Below are positions 40,094 to 52,030 of a DNA stretch of 64,000 nucleotides, piece by piece. The stretch is from NCBI RefSeq assembly GCF_036588685.1, contig NC_086379.1:10292001-10356000 (forward strand), given 5' to 3'. The stretch comes from Mytilus trossulus (lineage: Eukaryota). Made by a program: the position numbers and the translations under genes. Under the pieces are notes generated by a model. It did no database searches. It was not told the origin of the DNA and saw nothing but the letters and a program-made list of their open reading frames with translations. Position 1 is the stretch's first letter. Every line of letters begins with the position of its first letter.

Positions 40094-42350
40094 CAAAAAT
40101 TAAACTTTGAAAAACAGCTTTTAAAATGTAAAAAAATAATAGCGGATTGGAGTAAAAGAAATCTTACTATTATAGGAAAGATAGTAATCATCAAATCACT
40201 TGTTTTGCCAAACCTAACATATATTGCATCAAACACTTTAATTCCTAAAGAAATGTTGCAAAATTTTAAAACTTTGATATATAATTTTATATGGAAAGGC
40301 AAAAAAGACAAAATAAAAAGATCCACACTTACAAAAGATTTTTTGGAAGGTGGGCTTAAAATGACAGACATTGATGTTTACATAAAATCATTGCATATCA
40401 ATTGGATTCTAAAATTAAACGAAGATAAAAATGATAATTGGACAATCATTCCAAAATTTTATTTCAACAAATTAGGAAAAAATCTTCTTGTATTCAAAAT
40501 GAATTTAAAGAGTATTAAAGACATTGATAAAAATAAGTTACAAAATATACCAGACTTCTACAAGCAACTAATTAAAGATTGGATTAGTGAAAAAGGAGGG
40601 AACACAAAAGATCCCAAAAGATTTTTTGAAATCAGAAAACAAGTTTTGTGGGGTAATGATAATATTAGGTTTAACAGAAAATGTCTAAACTTTGACGATT
40701 GGATAAAAAGCGATATAATTAATATAAATGATATCATTGATGAACAAGGTAAAATCTCTGAAACTACAATCTTATCTAAGCTTAAATATAAACAAAATTG
40801 GATAAACCAAATATATATGTTAAAACAAGCTATACCAAAGAAGTGGAAATTAATTCTTTGTACTGAAGAATCCATCAAAACTAAAGTTAAAGTTGTTAAC
40901 GACTTAAAAATTAGGTATACAACAATAACTCGATTAACAAGCACTAGAGAACTCTATAAAATATTCAAACTAAAAGAAAATCATGAAAAACCAAACGGTT
41001 TTCTTTTATGGGAAAAATTACTTGACAAAAATTTAAATAACAAGTTCAAAAATAACTTTGTTTTTATTTTTCAATATCTCACTGACAACAGATTGAAAAT
41101 ATTTAGATGGAAACTTATTCACTATATTCTGCCATGTAATGAACTATTAAAAAAGTGGAAATTTTTTGAAGACAACTTATGTAAGCATTGTAAAGAAAAA
41201 GACAACTATGAACACTTTTTTGTCAACTGCTTATTTAATACAGACTTCCTAAAAATAGCAATGAAATTAATGAACTCCCTAGGTATAGACAAAAACATTT
41301 TAAGTCTTGAAAATCTAGTAATAGGGTACAAAATTGAAGACTCAGCATACTTTGAGATTAACTACATATTAACAATAATATCCTTTTCATTATATAAAGC
41401 ATATTACGTCTCAGAAAAGAAAACCAAAAAAAATAAACATTTTGAAAATTTTCCAAAAAGAAATTTCAGATATTATTGAAATGAACAATTTTAATAACAA
41501 AAATAATAGTAAGACAATTCTTAAAACAAATAAATTTATTGAAGATTATCAAAAAAATCAGAATTAAATCAGTTTTAAATGTCTGAATATTTCATTATAA
41601 AAGTACAAAACGTAAACACAATTGTTAATTGTTTACATGCCATATATGGTCATGTTTATTCACAGGTTAAATCATGCATGTCGACATGTGTTACAAATAT
41701 GTTTGTAATAATGTTCAACCATGCATAAGCAACGCAATGGTACATATTATTGTTTTATTCATAAACATAAAAGAAAAAACATGTGTAATCACGATTATTT
41801 AATAATTTATTCATAGTGTAGACAAATTGTGAATTGTGCACGCTAAAATGAATGATTTATAACTTGTGTAATACATATACACGACGACATACAATAGATT
41901 AGTAGAAATTTAAACAAAAATGGTATACTTACCAAACTTTATATTATGTTAAATCCTGTTTATAAAAGAATGTTAGACACACTCGGTAATGCGATAACGC
42001 ACATGCTTGTCGAACTTTTACTAATCCCAATTTCTTTCAATGGAACACGGATCATTATAAAATCGATAACGGAAATAATTCCGGAAAATTTCAGATATAA
42101 AAAAAAAAGACAAGAATTTTTTTAACAAAGATCTGTATGTGTATTCACAATATTTATTTAATATATTTGTGATATCAATTATAACTATAGATACTAATAT
42201 TATGAATAAATTATATCTTACCAAATAGTGCTTCCCTAAACTATAAGGTAAACTAACATGAGGGATACTAAGTTACAAGCTGTAAACTTGGTAAATTGTA
42301 ACAGCAAATTTGAAATAAAGATATTTATTACGTTTAAAAAAAAATAAAAA
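40094..42350 (+). mobile_element. 5'-truncated LINE (Tx1/L1 clade): ORF2 C-terminal region, 3' UTR and A-rich tail
   Basis: Open frame 40094-41479 with WSKRNLTIIGK..IKSL, FIWKGK..KIKR..L...GGL and a C-terminal CKHC-x8-HFFVNC zinc knuckle; AATAAA at 42314-19 followed by an A-rich tail at 42336-50. Confidence 0.85.
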
Positions 42351-42520
42351 TATATTTTAACAAGTACGATATATAGTTCAGCGTTCCAGAGGAACGTTCA
42401 CCATTCTGACCCAGTCAACTGATAACATGAGCCCGCAAAGAAATTGTCAATTGATAACGTGGGCCCGCCAAGAAATCGTCCCGTCCACACTGTTATGAAA
42501 ACGAATCCAATTACAATAGT

Positions 42521-42688
42521 AAAAAGTAAATAAAAAAAAAAACTGAACTCCAAGGAAAATTCAAACACGGAAAGTCCATAACCAATTGGCAAAATCAAAT
42601 GAAAAAACACATGAAACGAATGGACAGCAACTGTCATATTCCTGACTTTGTACAGGCATTTTTCAAATGTAGAAAATGGTGGATTGAA
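42521..42688 (-). mobile_element. Family A fragment whose 5' end lies at the predicted twister cleavage site
   Basis: Homology to A2 stops at ggattgaa (42688); predicted cut between 42686 and 42685. Confidence 0.8.
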
Positions 42689-43735
42689 TAGATGAATAGT
42701 TCAAATATGTTATTTTTTGTCCTGCAATAGTAGAATGATGAAATAAGGTCTGATATTTTGCTTTGTAAACACTTCGTTTTACAATCAAAAATTTCACTCA
42801 GAGTAATTGCGATGGCTGAACAAATCAACGTTGTATATGGCTTTGTCTGGTTTTCTCTTAATGATAAAGATAGATAGTGTACTATAACATTAACTCTTAG
42901 GCATATCACGCAAGGTCTGGGATATTGTAGTGCGAGTTTGTAAAGTTAAAAAAAAGCAAATATTCATCTTGGCAATACTTTTTAGCAAAGGTCGAGAGAA
43001 ATCAGTTAAATTATTAGTTTTGAAATGTGTCATTCGTCAATTTAAAGATCAAATTAGCTGCATTGAAAGTTATAACCATGCTTATAATTATACGAAAATT
43101 AATTAAAAGCAAATGTCAGTTGTCAAATTACATATTTCCTCGGAAATTAACAGTTTTTATATTTGTTCATAATGATACTTTGAAACGAAATATTGCATGC
43201 AGAATTAAGCGCCATAATCGAACATTCGATGAAAGAGCTTCAATGGCATTATAAATCCGCCATCAAAACGTCTAGTCACATCAATGGAATTAAAGACATT
43301 GATTCGAAACTGACACCGCACGATATGACATCTAGTAATTGTTTTGTTGACATTTTATTTCAAGCGTTTATTTGATCTTATTGGTAATTAGATCATCTGC
43401 ACGTTTTGACGTACATTTCCAAGAAATGATAAGTTCATTTATTTTCATTATGGGCTGTGTGCGTATCTTATCATCAACACAAGTAAGTCGTTACGTATTA
43501 CAACTTTATTTTTTATGAAGCTTTTGAGAACGAAGTCAACATCGTTTGAGTGATCTATGCAAATCTAGTACCAACATTAAATATTTTACAAATTTCACAA
43601 TAGCTTTGAACCGATATGTTGCCGTAGTAAAAACCAAGGAAAATCAGAAAATTTCAAACAAACAGTTCAGTTCGAAACGCTTTTTTAAACAGTATTTGGA
43701 GTGCTATGCGAAAATGTATATGGAAACCCATACAT

Positions 43736-44070
43736 AAAATTGAGAATGGAAATGGGGAATGTGTCAAAGAGACAACAACCCGACCAAATAAAAAACAGCA
43801 GCAGAAGGTCACCAACAGGTCTTCAATGTAGCGAGAAATTCCCGCATCCGGAGGCGTCTTTCAGCTGGCCCCTAAACAAATATATACTAGTTGAGTGATA
43901 ATGAACGCCATACTAATTTACAAATTGTACACAAGAAACTAAAATTAAAATAATACAAGACGAACAAAGGCCAGAGGCTCCTGACTTGGGACAGGCGCAA
44001 AAATGCGGCGGGGTTAAACATGTTTGTGAGATCTCAACCCTTCCCCTATACCTCTAACCACTGTAGAAAA
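43736..44070 (-). mobile_element. Family B copy 3; twister at 43969-44059 with catalytic G->A substitution
   Basis: Near-identical to B2, but the minus strand reads GGGG AA GGG instead of GGGG GA GGG. Confidence 0.88.
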
Positions 44071-46545
44071 ATATGTAAGACGCAAGACAAGATAATTTAA
44101 ATTAGTCTTAAGAATTTGGGACCTTAACTTATAAGGAATTATTCCCAATAATAATCAAGGATAAACACAATGAGACTTATATATGTATATTTCGAATCAA
44201 TCGATTTATATCAAAAACAGATAAATAAACACGTCTGAAATAAAATCTAAGACGTAAACATTTGCATATTAAATTTAATGAAAATTTGTTGAAAATCAAA
44301 GCGAAATATATCCTTTAAGTGCATCACAGACAATACAAATGAAAGTTGTGGTAGTGATTACTTCCAAAAGCCTTTAAAACAAAAATAGACAACCAACCTT
44401 ATATTCAATTAAATTGTATTAAAGGGAACTGCTATCTTAGCACTTGTAAACATTGTTTAACTTTTTTGTTAAACTTTGAAAAATAATAAATATGGCCATT
44501 ATCAAAACTGTCGATTGTACAAAATCTATAAAATAAGTTTTTGAGACTAGTAATTGACGTACAGTAGTTTCTGGACGACAAGCTGTCAATAAGCAGTGAT
44601 TCAATGGTATTTTAGCCTCGGGGGTATTTTTAGTTCACTAGAAGTGATGTCGGTTTGATGATAACCCTATGGTAATTGTAACTTACATGCAGTCATGTAA
44701 AGTGACTTATAACCTCCGGAAATAGCATTCTTAAGCAGTAGTGTCGACCAATATGCATCAAACGTATGCAAAACATTCTATTTCCTACCTCAAATCTTTT
44801 ATTGTAACAGACCAACTTTATGATATAAAAGGTTCAAGGCTTTATCAAATATCATACTCCCAGATATACGAAACTTCTCCAACAGTGTCGTATTAAAACA
44901 CTACTTAGAGATCAATGCATCCATTACTGATTGATTGATTAAGATAACCTTTGAAATGCAACAAATATATCGTCTACAAAGTTAAGAGTTCTAAAGACTT
45001 GTCTGTTACAAGATGTAAATTTATGTAAAAGATGGAGTGGTGGGTGTTAGTGATTAAGTCCTTTCCATTCTAACCTCTCTGTTGTAGGATATCAGTATAC
45101 AATACAGAATCAATTATTTTTTTCATACCTAAAGCAAAAGCCTGCATCGATTTACATGCGCAGTATAACTATCAACGTGATTGATTAGACAAACAATATT
45201 TATTCAACAAAGTGAATGTGTCAGTCAGGTGGTGTTGCCTGTTAAATTCCTGTTACTTTTTTTACAACAAAATATCTCATCAAAGATAGAAGGCTTAAAT
45301 GTTTTGTTACGCCAAACGCTCGTACAACAGACATAATTATGCAATGTATCAAATTGTAACATTTGTTTTTACAACAACTTTATATTGCCAAATATTATAC
45401 AATTAAAACCTTTTATATCAATAAAGTTGTAATGTTACATAGTTACTTGATTTTTTTCAATTATCAGGTGACTATGCATTTGTCATATTTATTTCGACTT
45501 TGGTGAAAAATTACATTGGTGGACATACAGAAGTTCTGCTATCTCTATTTCTCCGACGGCGGCGTTGACAATTTCTTGAACAACAACATACAGTTCCTTC
45601 ATATATTTTCTTTCTCTCTCTCCTTATTCTGTTCCGGGTTTAAAGTATATGGAGTTGCATCCTCTGAATATGTGTTTGTATCAAATATGGAAGGTCACCA
45701 CTTTTTTTTAATAATTATTTAGATTATTGTGTGAAGACTATTTATGTTACATTAAAATTCGGTTTCTATAGAATAGAGAATGAAAATGGTTTAATGTCAA
45801 ATGTCATGACCTGATATTCAAATCCAAGTTGTGTATAGTCAGGTTAATAGTGATAAGATAAGGTCAACTCTATTTGGTTTTCGAATGCATTGCAAACGTA
45901 AAGTATAAATAGCACAGTGACAAACTGCATGTGTACTTTGCCCATTAACTAGTGAGAGCTCACGGATCTTTCAAAAAATTGAATATTATACTAAGCTACA
46001 ACATACAACATACAACGACTTCAAAATTACTTATTTTTTTTGCCTTTTTTAATATTAGGCTTTCTCTCGTTTATTTCGGGTTTAATCACAAGAATAAAAA
46101 TGTTCCCCCTTTTGCATTTAACATTATCAAAATTAAATTTGAAAGGCACATCTAATGTATGCCCTAAAACAGTTTATTACTTCATTCTCGTGTACAAACG
46201 TACCTTACTCAAGTTATTCACCTGATGAACCAACATAAACATAATCTTTGATGTTAATTTAAAGTAATCAGAGTGAATCAAATGCATCCCTTGTCTGTTA
46301 CGCAAAATTGCAATTCAATAAAAACAACTATAATAAAAATCAACTGCAAAAAACCTCTTTTCGGTATGCATTTATTCGATTAGTCAGCAAGTTAAAGTAC
46401 AACAAGTCAGCTATAATATACAAGATTTTGATATATGTTACGAAGGTATTATATTTTTTAACGGAAATGAGATACCTTTATTTATCAATGTTTATTTTCA
46501 GGTTGTTACAAAACCGGAAATAATCATTTGAATAATATATTCCAG

Positions 46546-46705
46546 TTAAGAATTGAATGCTTCTTTTTGTATTTTTTTTGCGTGGTAAAATCGTTAAACG
46601 AAGTACATTTTGTATGAAGCGCGGAAGCGCTTCATTCTAAAAATGTACGCACGGTCAACGCTTTTACAACCCTATAAAGTTTCAAAAAGAAGCATTCAAT
46701 ACTTA
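46546..46705. repeat. ~160-bp palindrome within a probable palindromic non-autonomous element (extending to ~46910)
   Basis: taagaattgaatgcttctttttg...atgaagcgc-ggaa-gcgcttcat...caaaaagaagcattcaatactta. Confidence 0.75.
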
Positions 46706-47799
46706 TAATTACATTTTTTAGCTAGGATCATGAAAACACGTGTTTTATCCAGTTTTATTTAATTCACCTGTGCACTTTATTGTGGGACCTCGTGTCATTA
46801 AGCATGATACATGTTTTTGTCTGATGCAATTGTTTACGGAATAACATTTGATGTGCAGTTTGCCAATCAGAATATCGTATTAGAATGAAACTTACATCTA
46901 ATGTAATTATTTATATGTGAAAAGACAGTGATTATGACATATAACATCCATGCCAACTTGTTATATTTTTTTGTAGAGAGGGGAAAGTTATTTTTTTCAA
47001 ACTTATGCAATGCATTTCCTGACAATTAGTCCCACATGACAAGCATTAGTGATGCTTTTAAGGGAAAGATGACACAACATAATTTTTACTTCATGTTTTC
47101 TCAATCATAATGCAGTAATAAATCATAATTAAGGGATAGAACCAGACGATATTCTATTATTATTTTATGAATCTAGACAATTTGCAATTATCCGTAAATT
47201 CTATTTCCTTAATTAAAGATGCCTGTAGTTAAGGTGCCAGTATTAATATAACAGTAAAACATAACGGTGACAAGTGTGATTTTTCTGTTAAAGATTATTC
47301 AGAAAAGCTGCTAGCAATTTTCCAAATGTTTTCCGATTCGACCTCTTTTCAATAATTCTGATACCGACACGGTTTGAATAATTAGGTAAGGGTATATTAA
47401 GAACTATTAAGCTAAACTAAGCTGCCGACCTTGCCCTTGTAGACAGACATTACAAACTAATTCAATCGAAACACACGTTCTGATAGACAGCAACATTAAA
47501 GTAAAAAATAGTATCATTATTATCCGTCGAAACATTAATGAGTTCTAAATGAGACACGACTGTCATTAGTAGACAGGCGGAAGAAGGTACAAATAATAAT
47601 GCTATATACCACCAAGGAACTTCCTTCGAGGGTTGCTTGATAAAATATATCTTTGATTTTGAATGGACGTTTTATGCCGTGTTTGACTAATGGTAATATA
47701 AAGTGTACTCTTATGAACTGTCTTTCTTCTCATTTGAGGCATTTGGTTTTATGGACATTGTTATCTAGTTTTTGTACGAATAATCTATCATTTATTTTA

Positions 47800-48627
47800 A
47801 AGACAAATTTTACTTCTAGACAATTTTAAATCTCGGTCTTTTACTGAAATAATTTCTATCAAAACTTTTGATTTTTCAACCCTGTATACCACCCTTACCC
47901 ATGTGAAATTGAAAAATTGCCCAAAAAAATAATCGACAATGTAAAATATAAAAATGGTAGCATACGCTATAAATTTCTTACTTTGGGATTTCATAAGGCA
48001 TACTTCGTTAATAGTGACGAACAAAAAGTTAAAACATGCTACACAGAAGGACAAGTGGTCAGTATGCTGGAGTTTCTTATCGACAGCATATTTGTTGAGT
48101 TTGGACTATTCCAACAAATTGTCGGTTTTCTTATGGAACAAACTGTGCGCCTCTTCTTGCCGACCTCTTCTTATTTTCATATGCATCGGAGTTCCTCCAA
48201 ACACTTTTCAAAAACAAGAGAATCAAAGAAACCAGATTATTTGATTCCACTTTCAGACATATTGATGATGTTCTTTCCATAAACAACCGAATTTTTCTGA
48301 TTCGGTTCCATTAATATATCCCCCAGAACTAGAAATTAAAGAAAAACGGACACGGCCTCATCCGCCTCATTTTTAGATTTATTTCTCGAATTTGACTTAC
48401 ACAGTCATCTTAGTACCAGAATATATGACAAACGAGACGATTTCAATTTTGAAATTATAAATTTCCCCCACCTTAGTAGCAATATACATGTACCAACTTC
48501 ACCTGCATATGAGATATTGATTCCCAACTTATTCGATATTCAAGAGCTTGCAGCTCCTACTCAGACTTTGTAAAACGTCATCAGTGTTTGAGTAGAAAGT
48601 TGATAAACCAGGGGTATGACAAAGAAT
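47800..48627 (+). pseudogene. Decayed Penelope-like (Naiad-type) RT fragment, second subfamily
   Basis: FDFSTLYTTL.H, MLEFLID.IFVEFG..FQQIVG, RHIDDV, IYDKRDDFNFEIINFPHLSSNI, QLIRYSRAC and KLINQGY across several frameshifts. Confidence 0.85.
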
Positions 48628-48629
48628 GA

Positions 48630-48915
48630 TGGCTGCTGTACCCATATTTTGACTGTTTTATTTATTGTGTCTGTTTAGTTAACGCATCATTGTAAATATA
48701 ACGGAATTTGATGAGACTGTCAACAAAGTAAGACGGTTAGCGCTATAAAACCAGGTTTAATCCACCATTTTCTACATTTGAAAAGGCCTGTACCAATTCA
48801 GGAATATGACAGTTCATGTCCATTTGTTTTTGATGTGTTTTGTTATTTGATTTTGCCATGTGGACTTTCCGAATTGATTTTCCTCTAAGTTTTGTATTTT
48901 TGTGATTTAAACTTT
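48630..48915 (+). mobile_element. Family A-type copy directly abutting the RT fragment; degenerate twister at 48716-48813
   Basis: ACTGTCA...GA CGG TTAGCGCTA TAAAACCAGGTTT^AATCCACC...GCCTGTACCAATTCAGGAATATGACAGT. Confidence 0.8.
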
Positions 48916-49357
48916 TTTTTTCCCGAATTGTGTTTATTGTAATATCTCATAAACAGGACAAAACATTTTTAGTGTTATGACCATTGCTAACAAGCAAACA
49001 AGTGGTTTCTATTATCTCTAACCATTATTTTCCATTAAATTCACTTGAGACCTGAAAGTTGTAGATGACGTTAGAAACTTCATTAGTTCTGATTAACATA
49101 TACAGCAAATACTCGTTTTTTTATAGGATTTAAATAATATAACAAGATATATAATAATGATATCTGGGAACTTTATTTGAGTTATTTTTTTAATTAATAT
49201 CTTAGTTGTAAACAAAGAGTCATGTATTCCTTATACCCGTGTGATCAAATAAAAACAAATACGCAATGGTTTTACAGAGGAGAAATTATATTTTTGTTTT
49301 ACCAAACTTTTACATCTATAGGATCCTATTTGGATGTAAAGTTCAATTTGCAGAATT

Positions 49358-49490
49358 AAAAAAGACGGGCGAAAAACACCAAATGGAGTTTCAAACTCAC
49401 AAGTCGACAATAAACTGACAACGCAATTGACAAAAGAAGACAAAAAGACAAAAAGACAAAAAAGAACACAAACAAAAACATACATGTAAG
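49358..49490 (-). mobile_element. Family D 3'-end fragment
   Basis: Diverged reverse complement of 15785-15896; a similar short piece lies at 31018-31072. Confidence 0.6.
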
Positions 49491-49716
49491 TTCTTTTATC
49501 AATATTTCTATTAAGTGAACGGATTTAACAATTTGCATCTTTAATCTTTACTTTTGACCTAATAGACTTGTACTCATGTTAAAGGCTGTAATACTATACT
49601 GTTGACTATTGGGTGTTTTATGTTATAATAATCAATTCGCTATTTTTTGTTTAAGAAAAAAGGAATAATGATATCATTATTTGATTATTCCTTGTGAATT
49701 GATTTACCTAAACTTT

Positions 49717-51622
49717 GGCCGTGTTCACATCAAACGCCGTGTACAGTGAACACTTTACAATAAGTGTAATGTTATGTACACTAGTTTCACATTAAACTTG
49801 TTCACATCTATACACCTTGTTTAATTACCTAGACATAAGATTTGTTCACACTTGTTAACTATATGTCATTTAAATGACAATTTCGCAGAACCGAATTCAA
49901 ATTTTCGCACAACTTTTCTAGCAGTTAGGTAACGACCATTTGATATAAAAAAGGGATGATGGATTTTTCCTTGAAAAGTATTCTGATCCTCAATTTGATA
50001 GAAATGAATATTCGTGTAATGAATCAGATGATTAAGATAAAAAAATATTCTGAATTTAAAGTTTCCCCATAAATAATATTGTAAAATATTCTAACAAACA
50101 TATTTGATTGCTTTCATCGAATGAAAATGAATAAAAACGTTCGCGTGAAAAAAATTCTGACCAAGACCCTTCCCCATATTTTGGGTTGCGTTTGGTAAGT
50201 GGTTGCTCCTTTATAAAAGCCATTTTGATGATTTGCAGTAGTTTAAGGATAATAAAGATGTCTCGATTTTACATTTAAAATGTAGGCTGCATCAGCGTGC
50301 TTACAGGAAGAAAAAGGATTTAGAAGTGAAAGGGGCACTAGCTACGAGATATGAAAAACCTATTTTTTGGGGGCTCAATTAGTAAGGAAATAGAAATAGT
50401 GAAATAATAATTCCTTTTTAGTAGCCAATAATGTTCACTGTTGTCAAAATAAGCCAAAAACATTGATTACAAATTATTCACTTGCAAGTGAATAATTCGA
50501 CCTCATTGAATCCGAATTCATGTGAACTTTACTTTAACCTCTAAGCTTGAGATGGATAACAAGTGAATTGTATGTGTAAAGTTATTTAAAGGAAGGGAAT
50601 GTCAACATTGAAAGTGAAACAAAGGTAACTCATTTGATTGAATGACATTCTAATACAGGTAAAAACGGTGATAAACCTTTCTTTTTTTTATCTGTTATAT
50701 GAAATTAAGTAAACCTAGAATAATCCAACAGCACGTGTTTGCTTAATCTATTTATATCTATATTGATGTTAACATCGCTTAAATTGTTATCGGATGACTA
50801 TAGAGGTCAACTCGATAAATATTTAGATGGCGTCTACACTCAAATACACACGAAACGAAGCAACGTTTTTCCATGACTGTGTCTGTTTATTGTTTTATTT
50901 GAACTTTTAATATATAGTTTGGATAAATGTTTTACATTGTTATAAATCAAATATGAGAATTTGATTAGAATCGGTGAACATGGATTTGACAGATAGTGCC
51001 CGTTAAAGGATCACTACATTTCTATCTTTTGTATTTGTTTCAAATGGTATTTTTCCCTCAAGAAGTATTTGGCAAAGGGAGGGGGAAATAATTTTTTATT
51101 AATTATTTCTTAGAGTATTGCAACGAATCTAAGAAACAAGACAAACAAAACAATTAACCTCACACATTTTTCAGTAATGCATTTATGAGTGAATCGTTGT
51201 TTGAGTAAAGACCAGTGGCAAATATTTATGTGTACGTTCAGTCGATTTGGGAAGACCTTTTCAAATAAATTATGTATTTGGCAATGATGATGTTTATGTC
51301 TTGATAAGGGGCTAATAAAGCTACGTGAAGTGTTATTAAATATACTAGTATCAGTTTTAGCTAAAGTTCCCTGTAAAGAACTTTATTAATAATTGTTATG
51401 CATATCAATTTTATTCAAAATTCGTTTCCTCTTTAAATATATGGTAAAATTAATGTTCTTAATGCCTTGTTTTGTGTACACTTAACCTACAGAAGGCCTA
51501 CGTTGAGTATTGACTGCATGTAGACAAAACATGATTTAAACTATATGTAAACATTGAGTTTATCAATGGGAACGTAATTGTGTTTTGGTTTATGTGTGAG
51601 TTTGGTCAATGTGAACACGGCC
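49717..51622. mobile_element. Old Harbinger-like MITE with nested insertions
   Basis: 14-bp TIRs GGCCGTGTTCACAT / ATGTGAACACGGCC; flanks TTT and TTA (imperfect TWA TSD). Confidence 0.6.
50331..51002. mobile_element. Nested non-autonomous DNA element with short TIRs (Kolobok-like, TTAA-type flank)
   Basis: aggggcactagct ... agatagtgcccg-ttaa; superfamily assignment is inference. Confidence 0.45.
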
Positions 51623-51854
51623 TTACTTTACTGCAGAAGACAACTGTCTCAAGCTTCTTGTGATGTACATGGTGCTACAGTATATAATCAATTCGTTGTT
51701 TGTAAATAAAAAGATTTTAGTAATTCAATTTTGATTTCAGTTACCGTAAACATTCTTTGATACTTTACTATGTTATAGTATGCATAAAGAGTTTGGTACT
51801 ATTTGACTTGAAATAAATGTTTTAATGTCAACTTTAGCATCGAGTGTTTTTCCT

Positions 51855-52030
51855 TCACAACACGACGGATGCTTCATGAGGAGATCATCCGAAGCACCTG
51901 AGATAACGTCTGGTTTTTGGTTTAATTCATGCTGCTCAGTCTTTAGATTTCTATACTTTGTTTTGCAGACTGTTTTCTTTGCGTCGTTTTTCGTTTTTGT
52001 CATGACGCTTCTCTTTTTTGTATTTGATAG
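51855..52030 (+). mobile_element. Degenerate family D (PLE 3' UTR) fragment
   Basis: caacacgacggatg...ccgaagcacctgagat...tctttagatttctat matches 15668-15840. Confidence 0.65.

Noticed and set aside
45035-45090. tRNA gene
   Set aside because: Only an A-box-like fragment with no B box or cloverleaf; at most a decayed SINE head (likewise the SINE-like relic at ~37550-37690)
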